A stretch of DNA of 64,000 bases from Prevotella sp. (GCA_031285625.1 JAITVV010000070.1:1-64000); one strand, 5' to 3'; shown: positions 9,506-20,699, counted from the first letter of the stretch. Notes: generated by a model from the letters alone, not told the origin. Made by a program: numbers and translations.

Positions 9506-10498
9506 GTGACCTTAACTTTTTCTATGCCTTCAAAGAAAAAAAATATTTACATATTCCTGAGCAAAGTAACGATAATTACTTTGCTCATTGTGTTATGTGT
9601 ACGCACTTTTTGGGTAGAGCCATACACTGTATCTTCCGTGCAGATGGAAACCTATCTTACAGAGGGTGATAAAATACTCATAGATAAAACAGCATACGGT
9701 ATACGCCTGCCTATCACAATTCTCAGCATACCGTTTACTTTTGATAATATCTTTGGACTAAAAGCCTATTCATCAGCTATTGAATTCCCTTATAAACGTA
9801 TTTTTGAGAAAGAAATATTACGAAATGATGTTGTGCTCTTCAATAATCCGACAGAAATAGAAAAACCTCTAGATAAAAGAAGCCTTTTGCTTAGCAGGTG
9901 TATAGCTATACCCGGTGATTCGGTTCTGGTGCAAAATGGAATTTTCCTGATAAATGGAAAACAATATGCTGTATCTCCTGATGTTATAGGGGAATATATT
10001 ATAAAACCGGAGAATATAGATAATATCTTAGGCATTATAGAAGATCAGGATATAACTCCCCGTAGTATTATGCAGCAATCAGACACACTCTCCATACAGT
10101 TGAGTAAACTGGAAGCATTTATAATCAATCAGTATCTTCCTGACTCATTATCTCTTATAAATAAGATAGATACAACACAAAGTTATCAGTTTTCGATACC
10201 GTCCAGAGGTAATATCGTAAATATCGATGCCAGAAGCCTTATCTTATACAAACAGATTATAGTGCAAGAACAAGGCGAGAAGGCTAAATTTACAGATGGT
10301 AAACTATTTATAAATGGCAAAGAGCAAGCAAAGTACAGTTTTGAAGATGACTACTACTGGATGCTTTCAGATAATACATTAAATTCTACTGATTCACGTA
10401 CATTAGGTTTTATCCCGCTCAAGAGCGTGATAGGGAAAGCCCGTTTTATATGGTACAATTCACTTAAAAACAGTTTTTGTTTCTCATCATTAGATTAA
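9506..10498 (+). CDS. Signal peptidase I-like paralogue (catalytic Lys apparently absent)
   Basis: VSSVQMETYLTEGD, LLSRCIAIPGD, MLSDNTLNSTDSR. Confidence 0.8.
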   Translation: MTLTFSMPSKKKNIYIFLSKVTIITLLIVLCVRTFWVEPYTVSSVQMETYLTEGDKILIDKTAYGIRLPITILSIPFTFDNIFGLKAYSSAIEFPYKRIFEKEILRNDVVLFNNPTEIEKPLDKRSLLLSRCIAIPGDSVLVQNGIFLINGKQYAVSPDVIGEYIIKPENIDNILGIIEDQDITPRSIMQQSDTLSIQLSKLEAFIINQYLPDSLSLINKIDTTQSYQFSIPSRGNIVNIDARSLILYKQIIVQEQGEKAKFTDGKLFINGKEQAKYSFEDDYYWMLSDNTLNSTDSRTLGFIPLKSVIGKARFIWYNSLKNSFCFSSLD

Positions 10499-10499
10499 T

Positions 10500-11129
10500 A
10501 TGGATATATATCTATCCTCAGCTTATTTAGCTCCTATACAATATTATTCCAAGTTTGTTACAGGTAACCGAATCGTAATAGAGAAGAATGATAGCTACCT
10601 GAAACAAACATATCGTAGCCGCTGTACGATAGCATCAGCCAACGGACTCATATCTCTGTCTATACCAGTTGTTCATTCTTCTTCGGAGAAAACGTTAATG
10701 AAAGATATACGGATTGCAGAACACGGAAACTGGCAGCATATGCACTGGAATGCAATTGTGTCAGCGTACAATTCCACTCCTTTCTTCGAATATTATCAGG
10801 ATGATTTTTATCCTTTTTATCATAAAAAACAAAATTTTTTATTCGATTTCAACGAGGAATTACAATATTTAATTTTTAGCCTTTTGAACATCGATTTACC
10901 CAAAATTTCATATACAGATGAATATGAAACAGAAACAAGAGGTCAGGACATGCGTGATGTGATCCATCCTAAAAAAGATTGGAAAGCCGACCCTGATTTT
11001 ATTCCTCTACCATACTATCAGGTCTTTGCTCAGAAATTTGGTTTCTTGGAGAACCTGAGTATTATAGACCTCCTTTTCAATATGGGTAATGAGAGTCTGC
11101 TGATTTTAAATAGCTCAATAAGAAAGTAG
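10500..11129 (+). CDS. WbqC-like family protein
   Basis: KQTYRSRC, AYNSTPFFEYY, NLSIIDLLFNMG. Confidence 0.85.
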   Translation: MDIYLSSAYLAPIQYYSKFVTGNRIVIEKNDSYLKQTYRSRCTIASANGLISLSIPVVHSSSEKTLMKDIRIAEHGNWQHMHWNAIVSAYNSTPFFEYYQDDFYPFYHKKQNFLFDFNEELQYLIFSLLNIDLPKISYTDEYETETRGQDMRDVIHPKKDWKADPDFIPLPYYQVFAQKFGFLENLSIIDLLFNMGNESLLILNSSIRK

Positions 11130-11388
11130 CTATTAAAGTATTTTATAGACTCACTTGCGCTTTTATCTATAAAACGTTGTATTTTTGCGTTGATTAAACA
11201 ATCAGTAGCTAAAGAATGACTGTTACTTTCTTTTTTGTAATTTTATCTATATAATGCAGAGAACAAGCACATTATTGAATAAAAAGTTACAGTGAAATAC
11301 TCTCGAAAGTTGTTACCTTTGTCACTTTTTAACAATAGTATTGTCCAACTTATATAATAATAAATAGGTCGCAGACCTTTGAATAAAG

Positions 11389-13470
11389 ATGATACAACTT
11401 ATAAAGAAATACATTGCCTTATCCCTGGTCTTAGTTTTTATAACCTTGATTGCTGTCGCGTGTGCAAATATGGCTACGCCTTCGGGTGGAGCGATAGATC
11501 TGGAACCACCAAAAGTTGTAAGAACATCTCCGGGCTTTAATGCTACACAGGTTGAGAAAGGAAAGATTACAATAGAGTTTGACGAGAATGTAACGATAAA
11601 AAATCCATCGGAAAATGTAATCATTACCCCTCCTCAAAAAGCTTTCCCCATTATACGCGGTGAAAACCGGAAGGTAACTGTAGAGCTGAGAGACACACTT
11701 ATTCCCAATACCACTTATACTATCGATTTTACAAACTCTATAGTAGATAACAACGAAGAAAACCCACTGGAGAATTTCTCTTATTCATTTTCTACAGGCG
11801 ATGTGGTAGACTCGTTGGCAATATCAGGAAAAGTGCTTACCGCCGACAACCTGGAACCTGTAAAAGGTATTTATGTGGGGCTGCATTCCAATCTGGAAGA
11901 TTCTGCTTTTACTAAAATTAAGTTTGACCGCATATCCCGTACAAATGATGCAGGTACTTTTACCATCAGGGGAGTAGCTCCCGGCAAATATAAGTTATAT
12001 GCATTAGATGATGCCAACAGAGATTATATGTATGATAATCCGGCCGAAGCTATTGCCTTTATGGAAACTATTATAGAACCGACTACCGAAAGGGCGGTAA
12101 GAAATGATACGATATTTGTTGAACATGATCACGACCATGACCATGAAGCAGAAACGACTAATACAAACCAAAATCAACCTCCTAAGAAAGAGATAGATAC
12201 AATTAAAGCTGTGGAATATACCCGTTTCTTGCCTGATAATATCGTTCTGCGGTCATTCAAATCCGGATTTCAACGTCAGTTTTTACAAAAACATGAACGG
12301 TCAGAACATCAGTTGTCTATATTCTTTGGAGCACCTACCGGGATGCCGGAAGTAGAACCTTTGAGTTTCGAAAAAGATAAAGACTGGTATATTCTGGAAA
12401 AAACACCTAAGAATGATACGCTGATCTATTGGGTAAAAGATCCGTCTATTTTGTCAATAGATACTATTGCTTTTCGTGTAACCTACATGAAAACAGACTC
12501 TCTTAATCAGTCTGTACCGCAAACAGATACTCTCAAATTTATAGACAGAATCCGTAAAAAAGATAAGGAAAAGGAGGAAAAGGAAAAGAAGAAAAAAATT
12601 AAAGAGGGAGAAGAACCTGAAATTACGTTCCTTACAATTAATAATAATCTAAGCTCAGCATGGGATACCTATAAGAATATATATCTGGAATTTGGTGAGC
12701 CGATAAAAGATTCATTGAGAAGTAAAATAGTATTGCAGCAGAAGAAAGATAGTACATATAGCGATATACCGTTTCAGTTATTGCAAGATTCTGTAAATCC
12801 GCGTAAATATACAATAAAAAACAGATGGGCTTATGGGGCTGAATATCAAATAAAATTGGATTCGGCATCTATATACAGTATTTATGGATTATGGAATAAT
12901 AAGCTGGAACAAAAATTTAAAGTAAAGAATGAAGACCAGTATGGACAGCTAGCTGTATGGGTAGAGGGGATAGACAGTATACCTGCTTTTATGGAAATTT
13001 TAGATAAGTCGGATAAACCAATTCGAAAATCGCGAGTCATAGATAATGTTGCTGTATTTAAAGACCTTGATCCGGGAACATATTACTTCCGTGTAGTGTT
13101 AGATAGAAACAACAATGGAGTTTGGGATACAGGTGACTATAACAATAAACAGCAGCCTGAAATGGTGTATTATATGGGGAAAGCCCTGGAAGTAAAGGCA
13201 AACTTTGAAGTAGAAGAGAATAATCCTGCGTGGAGGATAGATCCTACAAGTATGGATAGCCAGAAGCCATTGGATATAACAAAACAGAAGCCGGAGGATA
13301 AAGAGGCCAGAAGAAAGAAACTGGAAGAAAAAGACGAAAAGAATCAGAGTAGGAACCGTAATAACAGAGATGGTAATTCTCAACAAGGAAATAATAGAAA
13401 CAATAATAGTCAATATAACAACAGTTATAATACCAATAATTATAACAATACCAATTATAACCAATATTAG
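11389..13470 (+). CDS. Ig-like domain lipoprotein with Asn-rich tail
   Basis: Lipobox AVAC, CANMATPSGG..D.EPP, FDE, YTIDF...DNNE; low-complexity N/Y C-terminus. Confidence 0.75.
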   Translation: MIQLIKKYIALSLVLVFITLIAVACANMATPSGGAIDLEPPKVVRTSPGFNATQVEKGKITIEFDENVTIKNPSENVIITPPQKAFPIIRGENRKVTVELRDTLIPNTTYTIDFTNSIVDNNEENPLENFSYSFSTGDVVDSLAISGKVLTADNLEPVKGIYVGLHSNLEDSAFTKIKFDRISRTNDAGTFTIRGVAPGKYKLYALDDANRDYMYDNPAEAIAFMETIIEPTTERAVRNDTIFVEHDHDHDHEAETTNTNQNQPPKKEIDTIKAVEYTRFLPDNIVLRSFKSGFQRQFLQKHERSEHQLSIFFGAPTGMPEVEPLSFEKDKDWYILEKTPKNDTLIYWVKDPSILSIDTIAFRVTYMKTDSLNQSVPQTDTLKFIDRIRKKDKEKEEKEKKKKIKEGEEPEITFLTINNNLSSAWDTYKNIYLEFGEPIKDSLRSKIVLQQKKDSTYSDIPFQLLQDSVNPRKYTIKNRWAYGAEYQIKLDSASIYSIYGLWNNKLEQKFKVKNEDQYGQLAVWVEGIDSIPAFMEILDKSDKPIRKSRVIDNVAVFKDLDPGTYYFRVVLDRNNNGVWDTGDYNNKQQPEMVYYMGKALEVKANFEVEENNPAWRIDPTSMDSQKPLDITKQKPEDKEARRKKLEEKDEKNQSRNRNNRDGNSQQGNNRNNNSQYNNSYNTNNYNNTNYNQY

Positions 13471-13496
13471 ATTTAACTGACTTAAACGAAAAGATT

Positions 13497-14309
13497 ATGA
13501 TAAAAAAGATTACAGGAATCATATTTATGCTTTCAGTCGTATTCTGTCTGACAGCAAATGCTCAATGTAAATTAAATAATACTTTCTTTCAGGCAGGTGA
13601 AGAAATGACATATGATCTCTACTTTAAATATGGGATCATTTACACTAAAGCCGGAACATCTTCGCTGAAGACTGTTGCTGAAAAATACAATGGTACAGAT
13701 GCATATAAAATGACATTGCTTGCACAATCTACAGGCACAGTCCGTAAATTATTCTCATTGAATGATACATTGTCCTGTTATACAACTAAGGACCTTGTTC
13801 CTTTGGCTTATATAAAAGATGCTTTTGAGGGGAAAGATTATACGCAGGAACATGTACGTTATACTTATACCGGTCAGGGAGTAAGTATAAATACTAAACG
13901 GCATAAAAACGGGAATTTCAGATTTGATGAAACTATTACATCCAACTCCTGTATGTATGATATGATGAGTGTGGTATTTTATGCACGTACACTCAATTAT
14001 ACTACAATGAAAAAAGGTGATACTTCAAAAGTGGATTTCATATCAGGAAAGAAGAAAGTTAGCATGATTATAGAATATGACGGGATTGAAACTGTTGAAG
14101 CCAATGATGATAAAAAATACAGTTGCATAAAACTTGTATTAAGTATTATGGACGATGCATTCAGCGATAAAAAGGAAGCAATGAAAGTATATATTACAAA
14201 TGATAATAACCGTATGCCTGTACGTCTTGACTCAAAATTAAATATCGGTTCAACACGTGCTATCCTGAAAACCTATAAGGGGAATAAACATCCGGTAGTA
14301 ACGAAATAA
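13497..14309 (+). CDS. DUF3108-like secreted protein
   Basis: Signal peptide; FQAGEEMTY, YITNDNNRMPV. Confidence 0.7.
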   Translation: MIKKITGIIFMLSVVFCLTANAQCKLNNTFFQAGEEMTYDLYFKYGIIYTKAGTSSLKTVAEKYNGTDAYKMTLLAQSTGTVRKLFSLNDTLSCYTTKDLVPLAYIKDAFEGKDYTQEHVRYTYTGQGVSINTKRHKNGNFRFDETITSNSCMYDMMSVVFYARTLNYTTMKKGDTSKVDFISGKKKVSMIIEYDGIETVEANDDKKYSCIKLVLSIMDDAFSDKKEAMKVYITNDNNRMPVRLDSKLNIGSTRAILKTYKGNKHPVVTK

Positions 14310-14319
14310 TAGTAAAAGT

Positions 14320-14348
14320 AAAGGCGATGAAATTCCATCGCTTTTTTT
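14320..14348. terminator. Bidirectional terminator
   Basis: AAAGGCGATG...CATCGCTTTTTTT between convergent genes. Confidence 0.7.
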
Positions 14349-15486
14349 ATTTAAACGCCAAATACGTCCATACCGGATAGTGATCTGAATACTTTACTTT
14401 ATCTATTGTACAATTATAAGATTGTAATGCCAAAGAGTGCATTATAAAATCGATACGAAACCAGAATTTATTTTCATGGTAAGTTATTCCATATCCCAGA
14501 CCACTGTTAGCATATGAATCCACCAAGTCACCTTTTATAGTGTAATAGGCGTATGAGATTGGCGAATCGTTGAAATCACCACAGACAATAGTAGCATCAG
14601 ACTCCTGTTCATCGATAAGCTTTCGTATTGTCTCTGCCTGAACCTCTCTTATCTGATATGCTGCTCCCAGTCTATTTTGTATATTCATCGCAACCTCTCC
14701 GAAAGTTTCTTTATCCCTTGTCTTAAAGAACTCTTTATATAGCTGCTTATCTTCGGCAGTAATACGATTCGATTCTAAATGATTATTGACCAGGGTTACC
14801 CTCTTTTTATTTATAACAACTTCAAACATCGCAGAACCATTATATGAACTCTCCAACGGAAGCCGGCTCGCCTTTTCTATTGGAAACTTTGAGTAGCAGG
14901 CTAATCCATACATTAAGTTTCCACGGGATGTCCCCAACATAATAATCTTATGGTATGGATAATCTTTTAATATGTCATTTAGCTCACTCTCTGATATAAT
15001 TCCTTTGTTATTCTTTTTAGATGATACAGCAAACTCCTGTAGGCAGATGATATCAGCTTTGCTATCTACCAAATATTTAAATATAGGATTCTCCCGGGCT
15101 TCTTTACCTCTTTTCCAATTAAAGGCCCTTACGTTATAAGTAAGCACTTTAAATTTATTTTCAGGTAGTTTTTGCTCTTCCGTTTTAAGGTGGATAGGGA
15201 AGCATGTCATTATTGGTTGCCAACATGCCAGAATAACAATAAGTTGGACTAATGCATATTTCCATCTGAAAGTTATTACCCAAAGGATCAGATATAATGT
15301 ATTAAGAAATAGGATTACAGGGAATCCAAGCCCTAAATATGCAATGATAGATACTTTTGAGGGCACTACATACCAGGCAAGAATAGACATCAAAAGAATA
15401 ATGATGGCTATAATGTTTGTTGCAAAAATAGTGTACTTTAAGATTCTCCCAACCTTTATTTTTGATAGCTTATTTTTTACTTGCAT
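14347..15486 (-). CDS. Endonuclease/exonuclease/phosphatase family membrane protein
   Basis: TYNV, DIICLQE, HLESN, GDFND, RIDFI, SDHYPV; start codon uncertain. Confidence 0.9.
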   Translation of the reverse strand: MQVKNKLSKIKVGRILKYTIFATNIIAIIILLMSILAWYVVPSKVSIIAYLGLGFPVILFLNTLYLILWVITFRWKYALVQLIVILACWQPIMTCFPIHLKTEEQKLPENKFKVLTYNVRAFNWKRGKEARENPIFKYLVDSKADIICLQEFAVSSKKNNKGIISESELNDILKDYPYHKIIMLGTSRGNLMYGLACYSKFPIEKASRLPLESSYNGSAMFEVVINKKRVTLVNNHLESNRITAEDKQLYKEFFKTRDKETFGEVAMNIQNRLGAAYQIREVQAETIRKLIDEQESDATIVCGDFNDSPISYAYYTIKGDLVDSYANSGLGYGITYHENKFWFRIDFIMHSLALQSYNCTIDKVKYSDHYPVWTYLAFK

Positions 15487-16378
15487 CGAATAATCGTTTT
15501 TTTTCATCAGAACTCAGGCTGTTGTAGCCTGAAGCCTTTATTTTATCAAGAATACGATCTATATCTTCTGTCTCATTTTTGCGACGTTCATTATATTGAT
15601 AATCGTCTTCCCGTTTTTTGTACTTTACCTTCATCTTTTTCGGAGATTTAGGCTTCGTTAAATTAACAAACCAATCTATGATCTTGTTGATCCATCGTGT
15701 AATATCTTTCCCTCTGAGATATTGTTTCGCATAAATATATCCCATTATAGCCCCGCCTATGTGGGCTACATGCCCACCTGGATTCGTTTTGCTATCTAAG
15801 GATATAAAGTCGATAATAAACAGGAATATAGCGATATAAATTATCTTTAGGCGAAATACCATGAATAGATTAACCTCTGCATTGGGTCTGTAAAACGCAG
15901 CAGCAAAGATAATGGCCATAACCGAGGCGGATGCTCCAATCATTGCAAGAGGATGCCCTAACTCTGTCTGAGTTGTATTTATATCTACATAGTAGGGAAT
16001 GAGGTTAAAAGCAATAATATAAATAACTGCACCAGCCAATCCACCTAAAACATACAAACTTCCCAGATTTTTCGGACTGAAATAGGATAGAAACAATTGC
16101 CCAAACCAGAATAGCATAAGCATATTAAACAGAATGTGAAAAAATGCCTGATGCGCAAACATATAGGTAAATAACGTCCATGGACGCTTAATTAACAAAT
16201 GCAGGTCTGCAGGTACACCGATGTATTCGACCAGTTCTATATTATTTAGCTTAAACAAGGTACAGAAAAGCCCTACCAATGCAAAAATAAGAAATACAGC
16301 TATATTTATTATAATAAGCTGGATAAGTATGTCTTTTTGTTTGAATCGTCGTTTAATATTGTCTAAAATCGTGCCCAT
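15470..16378 (-). CDS. Rhomboid family intramembrane serine protease
   Basis: HILFNM, GASAS, AHIGG. Confidence 0.9.
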   Translation of the reverse strand: MGTILDNIKRRFKQKDILIQLIIINIAVFLIFALVGLFCTLFKLNNIELVEYIGVPADLHLLIKRPWTLFTYMFAHQAFFHILFNMLMLFWFGQLFLSYFSPKNLGSLYVLGGLAGAVIYIIAFNLIPYYVDINTTQTELGHPLAMIGASASVMAIIFAAAFYRPNAEVNLFMVFRLKIIYIAIFLFIIDFISLDSKTNPGGHVAHIGGAIMGYIYAKQYLRGKDITRWINKIIDWFVNLTKPKSPKKMKVKYKKREDDYQYNERRKNETEDIDRILDKIKASGYNSLSSDEKKRLFDASKK

Positions 16379-17114
16379 GTGCTTTTCCTTTCTTTTTCCA
16401 ATAAAGAACAATCAGAAATCCTGTAATCAATCCTCCCAGATGGGCGAAGTGAGCTACATTGTCTCCTGCACCATCCCACACTCCAAGGACAAGCTCCATT
16501 ACACCGTAACCTATTACAAACCATTTGGCTTTGATAGGAACCGGGAAGAATAACATCATTAATTCTACATTAGGGAACAACATACCAAATGCAACTAAAA
16601 CGCCAAATACAGCTCCGGAAGCTCCTACCATTGGGGTGTTGATCAGTACATTCAATGTTCCCATACCCGAATCTATATAATTCTTTCCACTCATGAGTAC
16701 AGCTAAACCTTCACTATGTACCATGGATATAGCCTCAGAAGTCATATTTGCTTCTATGGAATGTATTCTGATATATGTAATTAACAACTGAAGAGCGGCA
16801 GCACCAATTCCCGTTAACATATAGTAGACGAGAAATCTCTTTGGCCCCCAGACCATCTCCAGTGTACGTCCAAACATATATACAGCAAACATATTGAAAA
16901 ACACATGCCCCAGACTTCCATGCATAAACATGTATGTAATGATCTGATGAGGCATGAAATAGTCCGATGAAAAATAATGTAGTGCCAGATATCTACCCAT
17001 ATCAAACTGATTGGATAACAAAGTGTCGGCAATCCACACTAAGAAGTTGATGATGATTAGGTTTCTCGTTACGACTGGAATCGAGCTCATAAAACCTGCA
17101 TTATTTTGATTCAT
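16353..17114 (-). CDS. Rhomboid family intramembrane serine protease
   Basis: HVFFNM, GASGA, AHFAHLGG; start chosen at MNQNN. Confidence 0.9.
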   Translation of the reverse strand: MNQNNAGFMSSIPVVTRNLIIINFLVWIADTLLSNQFDMGRYLALHYFSSDYFMPHQIITYMFMHGSLGHVFFNMFAVYMFGRTLEMVWGPKRFLVYYMLTGIGAAALQLLITYIRIHSIEANMTSEAISMVHSEGLAVLMSGKNYIDSGMGTLNVLINTPMVGASGAVFGVLVAFGMLFPNVELMMLFFPVPIKAKWFVIGYGVMELVLGVWDGAGDNVAHFAHLGGLITGFLIVLYWKKKGKAHGHDFRQY

Positions 17115-17337
17115 TTTATTTCCTCTGTGAATTTGTTTTAAAGCCCCAAAAATACAGATATTTTTTGTTTTACAGGTGAAATAGGGTGTGATGTTTAGAT
17201 ATTTTCTCATTTCAAGCGAGTTTTTCCATTTTTTTTTTATGATTATTAAATAAAACACTTATATTTGAATGCCAGAACTGGGAATGAACATAAACAATTC
17301 AGTTATATAATGTTTAATTAAATCATTACATTCAATT

Positions 17338-17604
17338 ATGAACAAAACAGAACTTATCAATGCAATTGCTGAAAAATCAGGCTTGAGCAAAGTTGATTCT
17401 AAAAAAGCGCTTGAAGCGTTTATCGAATCGGTAACAGGAGAAGTGAAAAATGGTGGTAAAGTAGCACTAGTAGGCTTTGGTACATTTTCTGTAACTCAAA
17501 AAGCTGCAAGAAAAGGTATTAACCCTAGAACTAAAGCTGTTATCAATATCCCGGCTAAGAAAACTGTTAAATTCAAAGCAGGCTCTGATTTAGCTGCATT
17601 ATAA
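17338..17604 (+). CDS. hup: DNA-binding protein HU
   Basis: MNKTELINAIA, GFGTF, RKGINPRT. Confidence 0.95.
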   Translation: MNKTELINAIAEKSGLSKVDSKKALEAFIESVTGEVKNGGKVALVGFGTFSVTQKAARKGINPRTKAVINIPAKKTVKFKAGSDLAAL

Positions 17605-17625
17605 TCAGCAGAACTAAAGAAAAAC

Positions 17626-17659
17626 GAAGGCGGGGAAGAAAATCTTTCCTGCTTTTTTT
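17626..17659 (+). terminator. Terminator after hup
   Basis: GAAGGCGGGGAAGA...TCTTTCCTGCTTTTTTT. Confidence 0.65.
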
Positions 17660-17759
17660 ATATACCTGTAACTCATTATTTCTACCAAGTATCAGATATA
17701 TAGCCACTTTTTTCTTAATTTTGCAGGCTAATTATTGAATGTAATTTTCGACATATAAT

Positions 17760-19553
17760 ATGAAACTAGAAATTAAATTGCAAGATGCTGTAATAAAGTC
17801 AATAGAAGCTCTTTATGGCCAAACAGTAACCAGAGAACAGCTCTCTTTGCAGAAAACTAAAAAAGAATTTGAAGGACATTATACATTGGTTGTTTTCCCT
17901 TTTCTAAAGATGTCTAGAAAAAATCCGGAGCAAACAGCTCAGGAAATAGGAGAATGGCTGGTAAGCAACACATCTGAAGTAGAACGTTTCAATGTCATCA
18001 AAGGATTTCTCAATTTATCTGTTTCTACAGTTTGCTGGCTAGAATTGCTAAATGAGGTTCACTCTACCGGTAACTATGGTATAAGAAAAGCTGATGGTAA
18101 TTCTCCTTTGGTTATGGTGGAATATTCATCCCCTAACACAAATAAGCCATTGCATCTGGGACATATTAGAAATAACCTGTTAGGTTTCGCATTATCTGAA
18201 GTGTTAAAAGCCAATGGTAATAAAGTTGTAAAAACGAATATTGTGAATGATAGGGGGATCCACATTTGCAAATCAATGCTGGCCTGGAAAAAATGGGGCA
18301 ATGGAGAAACTCCTGAGTCAAGTGGCAAAAAAGGAGATCATCTGGTAGGAGACTATTATGTGTTGTTTGATAAACATTACAAAGCAGAATTAGCAGAATT
18401 ACAGGCTAAAGGCTTATCCAAGGAAGAAGCAGAAGCACAATCGGCATTGATGGCAGAAGCGCGCAATATGCTTCGTTTGTGGGAAGCCGGTGATATGGAG
18501 GTTGTATCTATGTGGGAGATGATGAACTCGTGGGTATATGCCGGATTTGATGAAACATATAAACGTCTTGGAGTAGACTTTGATAAAATATACTACGAGT
18601 CCCAGACATATCTGGATGGAAAAGAGACTGTGCTAGACGGTTTGCAGAAAAATATCTTTTATAAAAAAGAAGATGGTTCGGTATGGGCTGATCTAACGAA
18701 TGACGGACTCGATCATAAATTATTGCTTCGTAGTGATGGTACTTCTGTATATATGACCCAGGATATAGGTACAGCTAAGCTTCGTTTTGACGACTACCCG
18801 ATCAATACGATGGTTTACGTTGTGGGCAATGAGCAAAATTACCACTTTCAGGTTTTATCAATACTATTAGATAAACTTGGGTTTGAGTTTGGTAAAGGCC
18901 TTGTTCATTTTTCTTATGGAATGGTAGAACTTCCTGAAGGTAAGATGAAATCACGTGAAGGTACTGTGGTTGATGCCGATGATATGATAGACGAAATGAT
19001 ATCTACAGCCAAAGAAACATCTGAAGAATTAGGGAAACTGGACGGAGTAAGTGAAGAAGAAGCAAATAATATTGCGCGTATAGTGGGAATGGGTGCTTTA
19101 AAGTATTTTATACTGAAAGTAGATCCTAAAAAGAATATGACTTTCAATCCGAAAGAGTCCATCGATTTTAATGGGAATACCGGACCGTTTATACAATATA
19201 CTCATGCGCGTATACAATCTGTGCTGCGTAAAGCTGCTGAACAAAGTCTGATAATCCCGGAAGCTTTAAATACGGATATTCCACTTAGTGTGAAAGAAGA
19301 AAACCTTATTCAGCAAGTGGCTGATTACGCAACTATAGTAAAACAGGCTGGTGATGAATATAATCCTGCTCTGATAGCTAATTACATATATGACCTGACA
19401 AAAGAGTATAACCAGTTTTATCACGATTATACAATTCTCAAAGAAGAAAATACTGAATTGAAAAATTTCAGATTAGTACTTTCAGAGAATGTAGCCCGTA
19501 TTATAAAAAGTGGAATGGGGCTGCTAGGTATTGAAGTACCAGACAGAATGTAA
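17760..19553 (+). CDS. argS: Arginine--tRNA ligase
   Basis: EYSSPNTNKPLHLGH, KMKSREG, GNTGPFIQYTHAR, C-terminal PDRM. Confidence 0.98.
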   Translation: MKLEIKLQDAVIKSIEALYGQTVTREQLSLQKTKKEFEGHYTLVVFPFLKMSRKNPEQTAQEIGEWLVSNTSEVERFNVIKGFLNLSVSTVCWLELLNEVHSTGNYGIRKADGNSPLVMVEYSSPNTNKPLHLGHIRNNLLGFALSEVLKANGNKVVKTNIVNDRGIHICKSMLAWKKWGNGETPESSGKKGDHLVGDYYVLFDKHYKAELAELQAKGLSKEEAEAQSALMAEARNMLRLWEAGDMEVVSMWEMMNSWVYAGFDETYKRLGVDFDKIYYESQTYLDGKETVLDGLQKNIFYKKEDGSVWADLTNDGLDHKLLLRSDGTSVYMTQDIGTAKLRFDDYPINTMVYVVGNEQNYHFQVLSILLDKLGFEFGKGLVHFSYGMVELPEGKMKSREGTVVDADDMIDEMISTAKETSEELGKLDGVSEEEANNIARIVGMGALKYFILKVDPKKNMTFNPKESIDFNGNTGPFIQYTHARIQSVLRKAAEQSLIIPEALNTDIPLSVKEENLIQQVADYATIVKQAGDEYNPALIANYIYDLTKEYNQFYHDYTILKEENTELKNFRLVLSENVARIIKSGMGLLGIEVPDRM

Positions 19554-19649
19554 GGATAGAATTAAGCACCAGTAAGAATTTAATGATATAATTACATCAT
19601 AACAACTTATTGTTGTCTTACTAGCAAAGTAATGAATAGGTCTGAGACC

Positions 19650-20699
19650 TTATTCTACAATATCTTCCTCTATTGGAGGTTCAATCCCAAGTTGTTGATA
19701 TAATTTGGGATTATTATTTGCCCTTCGTGTAAGAATCTCTTTATACCTGATAATTTCAGCAGTTAGATCGGATTTACTACTATCTGGTAATAAATCAAAG
19801 GCTATATCTATCCAGCTGACTGCATTATCTACATCGTCGAGACTTTCATTTGCCAAAGCAATATTAGAAGCCAGACGTATTTTTTTGTTTCTATTTGTCT
19901 CTTTTTCAAATAGCTCCCCCCATATATTAGCAGCTTCCTGCCATTTCCCGTTTTTTACAAAAGTGAGAGCATTTTTTTGTTCTTTAGAATTATCTGAATA
20001 AAACCATCTGTCCTGTGTTTTCCAGGATGGAATAAAAACGCTTGTTATATCATCAGCAGCTTTTACCGAGATGTCATTTACTAATTTATTAATCTCGGGA
20101 ATACTATTGCTTAGTTTACTCCAATCATTAAATCCTTCCATAAAAAGACTGTCTACATGAGCTATCGGTGGGGATAATTGGCTCCCATCTATATTGTAAA
20201 CTCTCATCATAGTACCGATTTTTGCTTTCAGAACATTATAGACACTAAAATATTCAGTACTTACAGATTCCAGTTCTGCAGTAACAAGAAATAGATCTAG
20301 GGCGATAAGTGCATCTGCTTTTCTCTCATGGCATATTGTCTGTACATTTCGTGCTGATAAAGGTTTAACATCGTTCCTTTCACCGCTATTTGTTGCGTAT
20401 GGATATATGTCGACTTTGTCAAAATATTTTTCTTCATTCATAAACTGTTGTAATGAACTTGTAAATAATATTTTTGCACTATCAGTGGAGATTACAGAAA
20501 GGTCGCTCTTTTTTTCTCCATTAGCTTGTATTTCCTCATCAGCCTGTGATGCGCTGTTATTGACAATCACAATATTTTTTATTTCGGGCTCAAATGAAAC
20601 CACAGCAGGCTCACGTACATCAATTGTAATGTAATTAGTTGTTACGCAGGATGAGAAATGGAGCATTAACAAAAATACCGGAATTATATATTTTGCCAT
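19650..20699 (-). CDS. Lipoprotein with C-terminal TPR-like helices (DUF6340-like)
   Basis: Lipobox FSSC; WQEAANIW...NIALANE. Confidence 0.6.
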   Translation of the reverse strand: MAKYIIPVFLLMLHFSSCVTTNYITIDVREPAVVSFEPEIKNIVIVNNSASQADEEIQANGEKKSDLSVISTDSAKILFTSSLQQFMNEEKYFDKVDIYPYATNSGERNDVKPLSARNVQTICHERKADALIALDLFLVTAELESVSTEYFSVYNVLKAKIGTMMRVYNIDGSQLSPPIAHVDSLFMEGFNDWSKLSNSIPEINKLVNDISVKAADDITSVFIPSWKTQDRWFYSDNSKEQKNALTFVKNGKWQEAANIWGELFEKETNRNKKIRLASNIALANESLDDVDNAVSWIDIAFDLLPDSSKSDLTAEIIRYKEILTRRANNNPKLYQQLGIEPPIEEDIVE

